A stretch of DNA of 63,274 nt, filler included, from 5 parts of 5 records of this genome joined end to end with filler, not necessarily neighbours in it, one strand, 5' to 3'. Positions 1 to 10,935 are shown, numbered from the whole stretch's first letter. Program-made: numbers and translations. The notes: generated by a model not told the origin, from the sequence alone.

Positions 1-64
1 GCGGAGCCATGGATGGCGGAGCCCGAGCGTCACATGGACGTGCCGTAAGGAGCGTGTTTTGGAC
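1..64. repeat. REP-like palindromic intergenic element (partial at window edge)
   Basis: GCGGAGCC occurs twice, with short hairpins GCCAT-GG-ATGGC and CAC-ATGGAC-GTG followed by GCGTGTTTTGGA. It lies downstream of the thiolase stop and resembles a dispersed element I recall from Marinobacter genomes; copy number cannot be checked here. Confidence 0.45.
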
Positions 65-131
65 ACCCACTCCCAACGGGCACTTTCACCCAAGCCAAGG
101 GCAACCGAGGCTTCAGGCAGCAACCAAAGCC

Positions 132-1313
132 TTAGGCAACCTCAAACAATCCAGCAGCACCCATACCGGTGCCGACGCACATGGTGACGACCACATATTT
201 TACGCCCCGGCGTTTGCCTTCGATCAGGGCGTGGCCGACCAGGCGGGAGCCGGTGGTGCCGTAGGGGTGGCCGACGGCGATGGCGCCACCGTTGACGTTC
301 AGGCGGTCCATGGGGATGCCAAGTTTGCGCTGGCAGTACAGAACCTGCACGGCGAAGGCTTCGTTGAGTTCCCACAGACCGATGTCGTCGACGGACAGGC
401 CGGCGCGTTTGAGCAGTTTGGGAACCGCGAAGACCGGGCCGATGCCCATTTCGTCGGGTTCGCAACCAGCAACCGCGAAACCACGGAAGATGCCCAGCGG
501 AGTGGCGCCGCGCTGTTCGGCCACTTTGCTGTCCATCAGCACGCAGGCAGAGGCGCCGTCGGAGAACTGGCTGGCGTTGCCGGCGGTGACTACGCCGCCT
601 TCCATCGCCGAGCGAATCTTGCTGACGCCTTCCAGATTGGTGCCCGGGCGGATGCCTTCGTCCTGGCTGATGGTGACTTCCTGGCTGCTGAGCTGGCCGG
701 TGGCCTTGTCAGCCACGCCCATGGTGGTGGTGATGGGTACGATTTCGTCGTCGAACTTGCCGTCCTCGCGAGCCTGATCCGCCAGGTTCTGGCTGCGGAC
801 GCCGTATTCGTCCATGTCTTCTTTCTTGATGTCGTAACGCTTGGCCACGGTTTCCGCCGTGTCCAGCATGGACCAGTAAAGCTCCGGCTTATTCTTTGCC
901 AGCCAGGGTTCCATGAAGTAGTTCTGGTTCACGTTGGCCTGCACGGTGGAGATGGATTCCACACCGCCGGCAACCATCACCGGTACCCGGTCAACCGCAA
1001 TGTGGTGGGCGGCCATGGCGATGGCCTGCAAGCCGGACGAGCAGAAGCGGTTGATGGTCGCGCCGCCTACGGTCACAGGCAGGCCAGCACGGATGGCACC
1101 CATGCGGGCCACGTCGTTACCGGTGGAGCCTTCTGGCAGGGCGCAGCCCATCAGCACGTCTTCGATCTCGTTGGGGTCGACCTTGGAGCGCTCGACCGCG
1201 TGCTGGATGGCGTGACCGGCCAAAGTTGCGCCGTGGGTCATGTTCAGGCCGCCGCGCCAGGATTTGGCCAGGGGCGTGCGGGCGGTGGATACGATGACAA
1301 CATCATTAGACAT
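132..1313 (-). CDS. Acetyl-CoA C-acyltransferase (thiolase), PimB-like
   Basis: Thiolase motifs [26 protein letters not shown] and [18 protein letters not shown] upstream. Confidence 0.95.
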   Translation of the reverse strand: MSNDVVIVSTARTPLAKSWRGGLNMTHGATLAGHAIQHAVERSKVDPNEIEDVLMGCALPEGSTGNDVARMGAIRAGLPVTVGGATINRFCSSGLQAIAMAAHHIAVDRVPVMVAGGVESISTVQANVNQNYFMEPWLAKNKPELYWSMLDTAETVAKRYDIKKEDMDEYGVRSQNLADQAREDGKFDDEIVPITTTMGVADKATGQLSSQEVTISQDEGIRPGTNLEGVSKIRSAMEGGVVTAGNASQFSDGASACVLMDSKVAEQRGATPLGIFRGFAVAGCEPDEMGIGPVFAVPKLLKRAGLSVDDIGLWELNEAFAVQVLYCQRKLGIPMDRLNVNGGAIAVGHPYGTTGSRLVGHALIEGKRRGVKYVVVTMCVGTGMGAAGLFEVA

Positions 1314-1385
1314 AACAATTCTCCTTCGTTCGAAGCGCCTGTTTATCGATAAAGGGCAGGCGCCCCGAGGGTATTTGTGGACCGG

Positions 1386-3482
1386 TTATTTGGCGTCGAA
1401 ACCTTTGCCTTCCTCAGCGCGCTTGGCCAGCAGCGCTGCGGGCTCCCAGAAACCAGGCTGGGTGTGGCGGTCTTCGGTGAAGGCCTGCATGGCGCGCACC
1501 ACGTTTGGCAGCCCGACTTCCTCGGCGTAGTGCATGGGGCCGCCGCGGAACACGGGGAAGCCGTAACCGGTCAGGTACACCATGTCGATGTCGGAGGCCC
1601 GCTGGGCAATGCCCTCGTCCAGAATCTGGGCGCCTTCGTTCACCAGTGCATAAACGCAACGTTCAACGATTTCCTGATTGCTGATCTTGCGTGGTTTGAT
1701 GCCCAGTTCAGCGCGGACTTCGTCCACCACTTTGTCCACTTCCGGGTCGTGCAGGGCGTTGCGGTTGCCCGGCTCGTAGCGGTAGAAACCGGCACCGGTC
1801 TTCTGGCCGTAGCGGCCCATTTCGCAGATGCGGTCGGCCAGCACCATCTTCACCATGTCAGGGTTTTCCTCGTACTGGCGTTTGCGGATGGCCCAGCCGA
1901 TGTCGCCGCCGGCCAGGTCGGCCATGCGCAGCGGGCCCATGGCAAATCCAAATTTTTCGATGGCCTTGTCGATCTGTTGCACGCTGGCGCCTTCTTCCAG
2001 CATCAGCAGGGCTTCGCGCTGGTACTGGTTGATCATGCGGTTGCCGATAAAGCCGTCGCACACGCCGGAGACCACGGCGGTCTTCTTGATGGTCTTGGCG
2101 AGTTTCATGGCGGTGGCCAGTACGTCCTTGGCAGTTTTCTCGCCACGGACGACTTCCAGCAGCTTCATGATGTTGGCCGGACTGAAGAAGTGCAGGCCGA
2201 TGACGTCTTCCGGGCGCTTGGTGAAGCTGGCGATCTTGTCCAGGTCCAACGTCGAGGTGTTGGAGGCCAGGATCGCGCCCTGTTTGCACACCTCGTCCAG
2301 CTTCTCGAACACGGACTGTTTGACGCCCATCTCTTCGAATACGGCTTCGATCACCAGATCCACGTCGCTCAGGTCGTCATAGGTGAGGGAAGGTTTGAGC
2401 AGAGCCATCTTGGCCTTGGCGTCGTCTTCGCTCATGCGGCCTTTCTTCACACGGCCCTCGTAGACTTTGCGAATGGCTTCCACGCCACGGTCGAGGCCTT
2501 CCTGCTTCATCTCGACCAGCGTCACTGGGATGCCGGCGTTCAGGAAGTTGATGCTGATGCCGGTGCCCATGGTGCCGCCGCCAATCACGCCAATGGATTT
2601 GATGTCTCGGGTCGGGGTGTCGGACGGCACGTCGGCAATCTTGCTGGTCAGGCGTTCGGAGAAAAACGCGTGACGCAGGGCGCGGGATTCCGGCGTTTGC
2701 ATCAGATTGACGAACGCTTCGCGCTCCACTTCCATGCCCTTGTCGAACGGCATGGTGACGGCGGCTTTCACGGCTTCGACGCACTTCAGCGGGGCCGGGT
2801 AGTTCTTGGCCATGGCACCCACGGTGTTCTGGGTGAACATAAAGAAGCCTTCCGGGTTCGGGTGCTTGGCTTTCAGGTCGCGCACTTTTTTCAGTGGAAG
2901 GTTCTCGCTGACCACCTTGGTGGCGTAGGCAATGGCCGCGTCCAGCAATTCGCCGTCGATAATCTCATCGAACAGGGCGCTGCCCTTGAACTGTTTGGCA
3001 GGTACGACGCTGCCGGAGACGATCATATTTACAGCGTGCTCAGCTCCGATGACTCGTGGCAGGCGTTGAGTACCGCCGGCGCCTGGCAGCAGGCCCAATT
3101 TTACTTCCGGCAGGGCGATTTGCGCGTCCGGCTTGGCGATGCGGTAGTGGCAACCCAGGGCCAGTTCCAGTCCGCCGCCCATGCAGGCGCCGCTGATGGC
3201 CGCGATCACCGGCTTGCGGCTGCTTTCCACGTAGTTGACTACCGTGTTCAGGTTGGGTTCGGCAAAGGCTTTGGGAGAGCCGAACTCGCTGATGTCGGCG
3301 CCGCCGGAGAAGGCACGGTCGGAGCCGATCAGTACCACGGCTTTCACTGCATCATCGGCTTCTGCCTGCTGGATACCGTTAACAATACCCCGGCGGAGTT
3401 CAAGGCCCAGACCATTGACGGGCGGGTTGTCGAGTCGGATGACGGCGATGTTGCCGTTCACATCGTAATGGGCAGTACTCAT
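1386..3482 (-). CDS. Bifunctional enoyl-CoA hydratase / 3-hydroxyacyl-CoA dehydrogenase (FadB/PimF-like)
   Basis: Crotonase N-terminus (FSGGADISEF, GGGLELAL, LPEVKLGLLPGAGGTQRLPR), Rossmann GGGTMG and LHFFSPA. Start moved to ATG at 3482 (MSTAHY), which has a GGGAG RBS. Confidence 0.95.
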   Translation of the reverse strand: MSTAHYDVNGNIAVIRLDNPPVNGLGLELRRGIVNGIQQAEADDAVKAVVLIGSDRAFSGGADISEFGSPKAFAEPNLNTVVNYVESSRKPVIAAISGACMGGGLELALGCHYRIAKPDAQIALPEVKLGLLPGAGGTQRLPRVIGAEHAVNMIVSGSVVPAKQFKGSALFDEIIDGELLDAAIAYATKVVSENLPLKKVRDLKAKHPNPEGFFMFTQNTVGAMAKNYPAPLKCVEAVKAAVTMPFDKGMEVEREAFVNLMQTPESRALRHAFFSERLTSKIADVPSDTPTRDIKSIGVIGGGTMGTGISINFLNAGIPVTLVEMKQEGLDRGVEAIRKVYEGRVKKGRMSEDDAKAKMALLKPSLTYDDLSDVDLVIEAVFEEMGVKQSVFEKLDEVCKQGAILASNTSTLDLDKIASFTKRPEDVIGLHFFSPANIMKLLEVVRGEKTAKDVLATAMKLAKTIKKTAVVSGVCDGFIGNRMINQYQREALLMLEEGASVQQIDKAIEKFGFAMGPLRMADLAGGDIGWAIRKRQYEENPDMVKMVLADRICEMGRYGQKTGAGFYRYEPGNRNALHDPEVDKVVDEVRAELGIKPRKISNQEIVERCVYALVNEGAQILDEGIAQRASDIDMVYLTGYGFPVFRGGPMHYAEEVGLPNVVRAMQAFTEDRHTQPGFWEPAALLAKRAEEGKGFDAK

Positions 3483-3543
3483 GTAGCAGCTCCCTGATAC
3501 TGGCATTGGATAGTAGGCGGTGTACGGAAGACCTGTTGAATTA

Positions 3544-3600
3544 TCCATACACTGGTGTATTGTTTGTCCATACACTAATGTATGTTTTGGGCGGGGTCAA
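3544..3600. promoter_or_regulatory. Tandem TetR operators overlapping a sigma70-like promoter of the beta-oxidation genes
   Basis: Palindromes ATACAC-TG-GTGTAT (3547-3560) and CATACA-CTAA-TGTATG (3569-3584); minus-strand TTGACC-N17-TAGTGT (3600-3572). Confidence 0.7.
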
Positions 3601-3672
3601 CGCTTTCAAACATGGCTCCGCTGTTGATGTAGAATTCACACCCAACAGCCAGTAGCAGGACCAGATTCCACC

Positions 3673-4293
3673 ATGACGGATGCCAAACCTCAGAAACGCC
3701 GCAGCCGCAAGACGCCGGAAAAAGCTCAGTTGACCCGCGACGACTGGCTGGATGCGGCCGCCGGCGAGGTTGCAGCCGGTGGTTTCAGCAACCTGAGGGT
3801 GCTGACCCTGGCAAAAAAGCTCGGTGTGACCCGTGGCAGTTTTTACTGGCACTTCAAGGACCACGAAGACCTGGTGGTGCGTTTCCTCAACCGCTGGCGG
3901 GACCGGCGTCTGCACGAGCTTCAGTACTGGAAACCCAAGGGCGGGGATGTCGAAACCGAATTGCGGCAAATTCTGGAACTGTTGCTTACCGATGCGTCCC
4001 GTAATATCCGTCGCCTGCAGGTGGAGCTGGCGGTGCGGGATTTTGCCCGCAGAAATGACTACGCGGCTGATCTGGTCACGCAGGTGGACGAAGCGCGCAT
4101 CAATCAGAATTGCGAGTTGTATGAACGGTTGAGCAGTGATCCCCAGCGCATTCGCGATCTGTCGCTGCTGATGTACGTGGCCACCATCGGCTCCCAGGTG
4201 GTGCTTACGGGGAAGAAGGGCGATGCTGAAACCATACGCCGGGTGGAAGACTTGATGGCGCGCGTGGCGTTGGGGCAGCGTGATGACGGTTAG
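3673..4293 (+). CDS. TetR/AcrR family transcriptional regulator
   Basis: HTH LAKKLGVTRGSFYWHFKD; divergent from the beta-oxidation genes. Confidence 0.93.
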   Translation: MTDAKPQKRRSRKTPEKAQLTRDDWLDAAAGEVAAGGFSNLRVLTLAKKLGVTRGSFYWHFKDHEDLVVRFLNRWRDRRLHELQYWKPKGGDVETELRQILELLLTDASRNIRRLQVELAVRDFARRNDYAADLVTQVDEARINQNCELYERLSSDPQRIRDLSLLMYVATIGSQVVLTGKKGDAETIRRVEDLMARVALGQRDDG

Positions 4294-5101
4294 ATGGCTG
4301 GCCCTGATCCTGCTGGGGCTCTGTGCCGGCGCCGTTCATGCAGCCGGAGATGAATGTATGGACGGCGCCACCACTGAACTGGAACAGATGTATTGTCGCG
4401 TAGTGAGCGAAGGGCTTGGCGGGGGCTTGCCGTCCCCCACGGATTTCAAGCGCAACGATCCGCAGGTGCAGGCATTGCTTCTGCGGCGCCCTGCCGGGCG
4501 ACTGGGCCTGGAAGTGCCTGAGCCGGGTGCTCCCGCGCAAGCCGACTCCAGCCCCGGATCGTCTGGCGCGGAACCGGAACCCGTTCGAACCGGGTCTGAA
4601 GAAGACCCGTCGCAAAGCGGGTTGCTTTCGGATTGCCAACTGGAAGGCCAACGCATTGCCTGTCCCCGGCAGCGCTATGATCTGGTCTCAAACCAACCCA
4701 ACAGCCAGCTGGCGGAAGGGGCCCTGGCGGAGGATAACCGCCTTGGTCTGCGTCCGTTCGAGGGCAACCGCGATGATTCAGAGGCCGTGCGCCGATACCT
4801 CTCCAAGGCGTACGACCGCTACATCCCCGCGATGGTGGACATCGGCCTGGGCGCCAACACCATGAGCTTCACGGCGTTCCACAACGCCTTTCACACCATT
4901 GAGGATGGCGGCGTCGACTTTGCCCGGCGTATGGAGCAGACCTTCACCTTGCTGAAGCAGGACAAGAAAAAACTCGCGGTAAAAGCCCGTTACCACAACG
5001 AGCTTCCGCAGGACCTGTCCCTGTGCACGGTGATCAACCGCGAGATCGTGGTGTGTGACAACGTCGGCACCAACTGGGTGTACGTCAGCCCGTCGAGGTA
5101 A
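4280..5101 (+). CDS. Secreted hypothetical protein
   Basis: Signal-peptide-like N-terminus (RWLALILLGLCAGAVHA), Cys pairs and coding-like codon use; overlaps the TetR 3' end. Confidence 0.7.
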   Translation: MMTVRWLALILLGLCAGAVHAAGDECMDGATTELEQMYCRVVSEGLGGGLPSPTDFKRNDPQVQALLLRRPAGRLGLEVPEPGAPAQADSSPGSSGAEPEPVRTGSEEDPSQSGLLSDCQLEGQRIACPRQRYDLVSNQPNSQLAEGALAEDNRLGLRPFEGNRDDSEAVRRYLSKAYDRYIPAMVDIGLGANTMSFTAFHNAFHTIEDGGVDFARRMEQTFTLLKQDKKKLAVKARYHNELPQDLSLCTVINREIVVCDNVGTNWVYVSPSR

Positions 5102-5105
5102 CAGC

Positions 5106-5978
5106 TCAGGCTGTGTCCAGGAAATCGTTGAGATACCCGGCGACGGCTTCGGGTTGCTCTTCCTGCAGGAAGTGGCCAGCCTCCACCTCCTTCACTCGCA
5201 GGTCTGCGAAGCATTCCTCAATATGATTGAGGTACTCCGGAATGATCACCTTGTCCTTGTTGCCGTAGATATACAGGGCGGGCATGGGCCACGTATGGTC
5301 TGCCGTGGTGGCCCAGCGTTTGGCGTCTTCGTGGAAGGTGCGGTAGTAATTGGAGCTGGTACCCGGCGTTCCCGGAATCCGGAAGGTGCGCACGTATTCG
5401 TCGAATGCGTCCCGTGGAAACGGGTCGCGGTTCCAGGTGCGCAGGAAATGCCCCAGCCAGGTCTCTTCGGCGCCCGGAATCATCGCTTCAGGCAGGCCTG
5501 GCGTCTGCATGAAGTGCTGATACCAGTAGGCTGCACCGCTGCTGGCGCGGACCTTCTCGATCACTTCCTGGTTGCCCTTGAGGTTGTTGATGATGGCGAT
5601 GTTCATGATCACCAACCTTTGCACTCGGTCGGGGATGGCCAGTGCGACTTCCTGGGCGACGATGCCGCCCCAGTCGTGGCCCACCAGCTGAAACTCGTCA
5701 ATACCAAGCTGGTCCAGCAGGCTGATCACATCCTGTGCCATTTCCTGCTTGCGGTAGTGTTCGATGTCCGGGCTGCGTTCACTGTCGCCCAGTCCTCTCA
5801 GGTCGGGGGCGATGATGCGAAAACCCGCCTTCAGATACGCTGCCACGTGCTCCCAGCAGTAGGAGCTCTCCGGCCAGCCGTGGATCATCACCAGCGCCTT
5901 GCCACCGGGTGCCCCGCCTTCTCGCCAGGCGAAGCGTCCCCGGGGCGTTTGTCGCTGTTTTGGTTCAGACAGGTGCAT
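5106..5978 (-). CDS. Alpha/beta hydrolase, epoxide hydrolase / haloacetate dehalogenase-like
   Basis: HGWP oxyanion motif, PDLRGLGDS, GHDWG (Asp nucleophile) and GHFLQEEQP. Start at 5978 (MHLSEP) with GGAG RBS. Confidence 0.88.
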   Translation of the reverse strand: MHLSEPKQRQTPRGRFAWREGGAPGGKALVMIHGWPESSYCWEHVAAYLKAGFRIIAPDLRGLGDSERSPDIEHYRKQEMAQDVISLLDQLGIDEFQLVGHDWGGIVAQEVALAIPDRVQRLVIMNIAIINNLKGNQEVIEKVRASSGAAYWYQHFMQTPGLPEAMIPGAEETWLGHFLRTWNRDPFPRDAFDEYVRTFRIPGTPGTSSNYYRTFHEDAKRWATTADHTWPMPALYIYGNKDKVIIPEYLNHIEECFADLRVKEVEAGHFLQEEQPEAVAGYLNDFLDTA

Positions 5979-6044
5979 GGCTGGGCTCCGTGAATGCGAA
6001 TGGTACTGCTGCCAGACCATAAACGGACTGACGCAATCGCGCAA

Positions 6045-6953
6045 TCAGAGGGTGTCCACCGGCCTGCCCAGATCCCGAAGCACCGTGTCTACAACCATGG
6101 GGCTCCATAGCAGGCGGTGGTGGCCCAGGCCACGGGTGCGGAGTACGTTGGCGTTTTCCCAGTTGTTGAAAACCCGTTCGCTTTCGTCTGGCGAGATGGA
6201 GGTGTCATCGTCATCAATGACCATCAGGCCTCGCTGGGTGAGGGTCCGTGACAGGGCTTCCAGGTCCAGTTGCTCCCAGACGGATTTGCCGAAACGCTCC
6301 TCCATCAATTGCAGATGCACCGCCAGAACGTTCTGACTCAGGCCGAGTTGACGGCCCAGGTTATCCATCACCGCCGTGAGGCTGACAGGGGGCGCCAGCA
6401 TGACCAGATAATCAGGCTGAAGGCCGTCCGCGATTGCGCGGGCAGCGGCAATGCAGCCAATGGAATGGGCCAGCACCCCGTGGACCCGGCCGACGCTGGC
6501 CGCCACCCTGGCAACGACTTCGGCCATCTCGAACAGGTTGGTGCTCTCGCCCTGGGCACGGCCGTGGGCGGGGGCGTCGAACAGCACCACACGATAGCCG
6601 GCTTCCACCAGCGGGTTGACCCAGGCGCCGAACTGGATGCCGGCACCGGCCCAGCCGTGAACGCCCAGAATCACAGGCCCCTGGCCCCAGGAATACACCG
6701 GAATGGTCCGGGCGCCGTGCTGCAGCTGGGTATAGCTGTCAGCATTGTCCAGCAGGTATTCATAGCGGGATGGCATGGGCAGGCGCGAGGGCCTGAACGC
6801 CATGCGGTTAACCAGCCGGCCGGCTTTTTCAGGAGCCATTCGACCGTAGAGTTGAAGTGCCAGGCGGATGGGCGAAAACCCCTTCGGGCCTTCAACCTTG
6901 TGGGTTGTCGGTCGCTCGAAGATCACTGATTGAGTGTTCAGTTGTGAGGTCAT
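6045..6953 (-). CDS. Alpha/beta fold hydrolase (Ser nucleophile)
   Basis: VHGWAG, FDAPAHG, AHSIG and TRGLGHHRLL motifs. Confidence 0.88.
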   Translation of the reverse strand: MTSQLNTQSVIFERPTTHKVEGPKGFSPIRLALQLYGRMAPEKAGRLVNRMAFRPSRLPMPSRYEYLLDNADSYTQLQHGARTIPVYSWGQGPVILGVHGWAGAGIQFGAWVNPLVEAGYRVVLFDAPAHGRAQGESTNLFEMAEVVARVAASVGRVHGVLAHSIGCIAAARAIADGLQPDYLVMLAPPVSLTAVMDNLGRQLGLSQNVLAVHLQLMEERFGKSVWEQLDLEALSRTLTQRGLMVIDDDDTSISPDESERVFNNWENANVLRTRGLGHHRLLWSPMVVDTVLRDLGRPVDTL

Positions 6954-7063
6954 GGTGAAAGTCCTTCTTCCAGTGGTAGTGGATGACAGGTTCAGGTTAG
7001 GGCTTGCGGGTTGCCAGCAGGAGTGTCATATTTGACATATAAAGTGCTGAAAGGGCCATTTAC

Positions 7064-8068
7064 ATGTTCAACGTTGCCATTGTTGCCTTTCCCAACTGCC
7101 ATGCCTCCGGTGTGCACGGCATCATGGATTTCTTCACCGTTGCCAACTTCTGCGGCCGCGCTCCGGCTGGCCGTAGCGAGCCCCTGTTTAATTGCCAGGT
7201 GGTGACGGTGGACGACCAGCCAGTCCGCGGGTACAGCGGCGCGGTGGTGACGCCAACCTGCAAGCGTGGGGATTTCGAGCCGGACCTGATCGTGGTGGGC
7301 TCCTCGGTGGAAGCCGCCGTGGGCGCGGAACGGCTGGAGAAGACGCTTGCACCCTCAAGACCGCTTTACGGCTGGTTGCGGGACGGGCTGGAAAGGGGCG
7401 CCGTGCTGGCGAGCGTCTGCACCGGCAGTTTCGTACTGGCGGAGGCGGGTTTGCTGGACGACCAGGTGGCGACCACCCACTGGCGGGCAGCGCCGCTGTT
7501 CCGTGCCCGCTATCCACACCTGCGCCTGGAGGAAGACCAGTTGCTGGTGGATAACGGCCGCATCATCTGTGCCGGCGGCGCCACTGCGTTTGTGGATCTG
7601 TGTAGTTACCTGGTGGAGCGCTTCTCGTCACCGTCGGTTGCCCTGGCCTGCAGCAAGATGCTGGTGCTGGACGGCCGCCGGGCGGAGCAAACGCCCTACA
7701 TGGCCTTCTACAGCCAGAAAGCCCATCAGGATGACGCTATCCGCAAGGCTCAGTCCTGGCTTGAACAGCACTACGCCGATGCACTGACCATCGACGAAGT
7801 GGCTGCCGTAGCGGGCCTCGGCACCCGCACCTTCAAGCGTCGTTTCAAGGAAGCCACTGGCGAAACCCCGATCGGCTACCTGCAGCATCTTCGGATCGAG
7901 GCGGCCAAGCACCTGCTGGAATCCAGCCGCGAACAGACTGCACGCATCATCTGGAGTGTGGGTTACGAAGATGCCAGTTCGTTCCGGAGGCTGTTTAAAC
8001 GCACGGTAGGCTGTACCATGGAGCAATACCGCAAGCGTTTCAGCTATGTATCCCCAAAAGTGGCCTGA
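7064..8068 (+). CDS. GlxA-family (DJ-1/PfpI + AraC HTH) transcriptional regulator
   Basis: [22 protein letters not shown] and C-terminal AraC HTH ([27 protein letters not shown]). Confidence 0.92.
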   Translation: MFNVAIVAFPNCHASGVHGIMDFFTVANFCGRAPAGRSEPLFNCQVVTVDDQPVRGYSGAVVTPTCKRGDFEPDLIVVGSSVEAAVGAERLEKTLAPSRPLYGWLRDGLERGAVLASVCTGSFVLAEAGLLDDQVATTHWRAAPLFRARYPHLRLEEDQLLVDNGRIICAGGATAFVDLCSYLVERFSSPSVALACSKMLVLDGRRAEQTPYMAFYSQKAHQDDAIRKAQSWLEQHYADALTIDEVAAVAGLGTRTFKRRFKEATGETPIGYLQHLRIEAAKHLLESSREQTARIIWSVGYEDASSFRRLFKRTVGCTMEQYRKRFSYVSPKVA

Positions 8069-8103
8069 TGCCCCGACGATCCCCGACCGAAGACAGGACT
8101 CCC

Positions 8104-9051
8104 ATGCCCGGCAAAAACTCCACCCGCCTCAACAAATACATCAGCGAGAGTGGCATGTGTTCCCGGCGGGAGGCCGACCGCTATATCGAGAACGGCAACG
8201 TTGCCATTAATGGCAAGGCGGCCCAGGTGGGCGATCAGGTGCTGCCCGGTGACAAAGTCACGGTGAACGGTCAGTTGATCGAGCCGCGAGACGAAGAGGA
8301 CCTGATCTTTATCGCCCTCAACAAGCCCGTGGGCGTGGTCAGCACCACCGACCCGGCGGAGCGCCGTAACATCGTCAACCATGTGGGTCACGGTGAGCGG
8401 ATCTTCCCCATTGGCCGACTGGACAAGGACTCCCAAGGGCTGATTTTCCTCACCAGCAACGGTGATCTGGTGAACAAAATCCTGCGCGCGGGCAACAACC
8501 ACGAGAAGGAATACCTGGTCACCGTCAACAAGCCGGTGACCGCAGAATTCGTGCAGGGTATGAGCGCCGGGGTACCGATACTGGGCACGGTCACCAAACG
8601 CTGCCAGGTCGAAAAGGTGTCCCGTTTCGTGTTCCGTATTACCTTGGTTCAGGGCCTGAACCGACAGATTCGTCGCATGTGCGAGTTCTTTGATTACGAG
8701 GTCACGAAGCTCGAGCGTGTGCGCATCATGAATATCAGCCTCAAAGGACTAGCAGTCGGAGAGTGGCGGGATCTGGGGCCGAAGGAGTTGGCCGGGTTGT
8801 TTGACATGATCCGCGATTCGTCCTCGGAAGTGAGCTCCGATACCCGTAGCGAAACGAAAAAGCCGGTGAGCAAGCGGCCTGGCAAAAAGCCCCGGACATC
8901 GCCATCGGGACCTCGTGGAAAGGGCGTAAAGGCAGGACAGCCCGGTAGGCCAGGAAAGCCCGCTGGAAAACACGGCAAACCCTCGCGCCCGGGAAAACCC
9001 GGCAAGCCGGGGAAGCCACGCAAACCCAGGCAAAGCAGCGTTAAGCGCTAG
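8104..9051 (+). CDS. rluF: 23S rRNA pseudouridine synthase F
   Basis: S4 domain [18 protein letters not shown], catalytic [25 protein letters not shown] and a basic Pro/Gly/Lys tail. Start at ATG 8104. Confidence 0.92.
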   Translation: MPGKNSTRLNKYISESGMCSRREADRYIENGNVAINGKAAQVGDQVLPGDKVTVNGQLIEPRDEEDLIFIALNKPVGVVSTTDPAERRNIVNHVGHGERIFPIGRLDKDSQGLIFLTSNGDLVNKILRAGNNHEKEYLVTVNKPVTAEFVQGMSAGVPILGTVTKRCQVEKVSRFVFRITLVQGLNRQIRRMCEFFDYEVTKLERVRIMNISLKGLAVGEWRDLGPKELAGLFDMIRDSSSEVSSDTRSETKKPVSKRPGKKPRTSPSGPRGKGVKAGQPGRPGKPAGKHGKPSRPGKPGKPGKPRKPRQSSVKR

Positions 9052-9130
9052 GATACGTTCACTTCCGTACGGCACGAAGGCGCCACTGTCGCTATGCTAT
9101 ACCGTTTTTACCCCTGACCGGATATTCTGA

Positions 9131-9763
9131 ATGTTTGAAGCGTTTATCAGTACCTACATCAGCAGCACGATCCGTTTTCTGTTCCTGCTGGCGCCGTTCT
9201 TTGTGGTGACCATGTTCCTGGCGCTCACCCGGGGCCTGCCGGCGGCGGAAAAGAGTTCGATCATCCGCCGTTCCACGGTGTCCGCGTTGATCCTCGGGCT
9301 GGTGCTGTTCTTTGCCGGGCCACTGTTGTTCAGTGCCATTGGCATTACCCTGAATTCGTTCCGGATCGGTGCTGGCAGCCTGCTGTTCCTGACCGCCATC
9401 AGCCTGGTCACCAGTGGTACCCGCAACCACGCCACGGGGTTGCCGGATGAAGACCGCGATGACATTGCCGTGGTGCCACTGGCGATTCCGGTGATGATAG
9501 GCCCTGCGACCATCGGTGCCATCCTGGTTTACGGGGCCGAGCTGAACGCTGTGCCGGAAGTGGCCGGAGGGCTTCTGGGGCTGGTGTCGGGGCTGGTTAT
9601 CCTGGCGGTTCTACTGCACTTGTCCGGATACCTGGAAAAGGCGCTGGGCAAGACCGGGCTGAACATACTCTCCAAGATCAGCGGCCTGATTCTGTCTGCC
9701 ATGGCGGCGGAAATTGTTCTAACGGGCATCGCTGGATTTATTGCTTCCACGTCGGCCTCCTGA
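9131..9763 (+). CDS. MarC family membrane protein
   Basis: Six hydrophobic segments; FRIGAGSLL and AVVPLAIPVMIGPATI motifs. Confidence 0.9.
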   Translation: MFEAFISTYISSTIRFLFLLAPFFVVTMFLALTRGLPAAEKSSIIRRSTVSALILGLVLFFAGPLLFSAIGITLNSFRIGAGSLLFLTAISLVTSGTRNHATGLPDEDRDDIAVVPLAIPVMIGPATIGAILVYGAELNAVPEVAGGLLGLVSGLVILAVLLHLSGYLEKALGKTGLNILSKISGLILSAMAAEIVLTGIAGFIASTSAS

Positions 9764-10317
9764 TGTCTTTCGATACCGTAGCGCACAATCGCAGTCGCCA
9801 GCAGTTTAACGGGGTGTCTTCCGTGTGGCTGTTCGGCTATGGCTCGCTGATCTACAAGGTGGACTTCCCCTTCCTTGAGCAGCAGCCGGCGACGATTGAA
9901 GGCTGGGCCCGGCGTTTCTGGCAGGGCTCCCATGATCATCGCGGTACTCCGGAGGCTCCCGGGCGTGTGGTCACGCTGATCAGCCAGCCTGGTGCGACAT
10001 GCAAGGGTATGGCCTATCGGGTATCACCGGACGTGTTTGAGCACCTGGATGTACGTGAGAAGAACGGCTACCTGCGCTTCAGCACGACCATGACATTTGA
10101 TGACGGTAGCAATGCGGAAGGCCTTGTTTATATTGCCACCGAGGACAACGCCGCTTTTCTGGGGCCCGCTTCGACGCTCGACATTGCCAGCCAGATTGCG
10201 CGTTCGTCCGGGCCAAGTGGCCCTAACAGCGAGTATCTGCTGAAACTGGCGGACGCTTTGCGTACGCTGGGTGATCATGATCCCCACGTGTTTGAGCTGG
10301 AATCCCACCTGCGTTGA
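9763..10317 (+). CDS. chaC: ChaC-like glutathione-specific gamma-glutamylcyclotransferase
   Basis: WLFGYGSLI, RRFWQGSHDHRGTPEAPGRVVTL and GPSGPNSEYL motifs. Confidence 0.88.
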   Translation: MSFDTVAHNRSRQQFNGVSSVWLFGYGSLIYKVDFPFLEQQPATIEGWARRFWQGSHDHRGTPEAPGRVVTLISQPGATCKGMAYRVSPDVFEHLDVREKNGYLRFSTTMTFDDGSNAEGLVYIATEDNAAFLGPASTLDIASQIARSSGPSGPNSEYLLKLADALRTLGDHDPHVFELESHLR

Positions 10318-10500
10318 TTCTGTCGTGACGGTCAGCCGGCCACGGCAACTGTAAAGACTGTCCGCGCCTGCGTAAAAGAAGTGCAAAGCCGCCGCTGATC
10401 GCCTGACTTTCCCCGGAAGTTCCGTACTCTGAAATTAGGGAGCAGCCACAGAGTGTTCGTGGATGCTAATCCGGGATCTGAAAAGATCGGGAGAAGAGCG

Positions 10501-10935
10501 ATGAAAGCATTTCTGATTGGCAGTTGTTTCGTTGGCCTGATAATGGCCACCAGCCCGGCTGTGGCAGACTCTGACAGGCGGGAGAACCACAGGGCAGGGT
10601 TCCACCAGAAAGTGGACCACGACAGGGGCATACCCCACCACAAGAAGCTTCTGTCATCCCGGCACCGCGATGCGGATGCACACCACGGCCACCGGGATCG
10701 CAAGCATGGCTGGAAAAACAAGGCTCACAACCGACACAAACACGGTTGGAAGCATAAGAAGTACCACCAGAAAAGGCATGGTTACCATGGCCACAAGCGC
10801 CATTGGAACAAACACCGTCACCATTACCGGGATGATCGTGGCACCCGTTTCCGGTTCTACTACAACAACGGCACCTACCCCATGGAGTATCAGGTGCTGC
10901 AGGGCGCTCAGCTACTGATTGACGTAACTCGTTGA
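10501..10935 (+). CDS. Secreted His/Lys/Arg-rich low-complexity protein
   Basis: ATG at 10501 after GGAGAAGAG; signal peptide MKAFLIGSCFVGLIMATSPAVA; His-rich central tract. Confidence 0.65.
   Translation: MKAFLIGSCFVGLIMATSPAVADSDRRENHRAGFHQKVDHDRGIPHHKKLLSSRHRDADAHHGHRDRKHGWKNKAHNRHKHGWKHKKYHQKRHGYHGHKRHWNKHRHHYRDDRGTRFRFYYNNGTYPMEYQVLQGAQLLIDVTR

Noticed and set aside
9-3497. Long plus-strand ORFs 9..1352 and 1377..3497
   Set aside because: Antisense shadows of the thiolase and hydratase/dehydrogenase genes caused by high-GC codon bias; no motifs.
8930-9030. PGK-type repeats in the rluF tail as a repeat array
   Set aside because: Ordinary low-complexity basic tail; degenerate at the DNA level.
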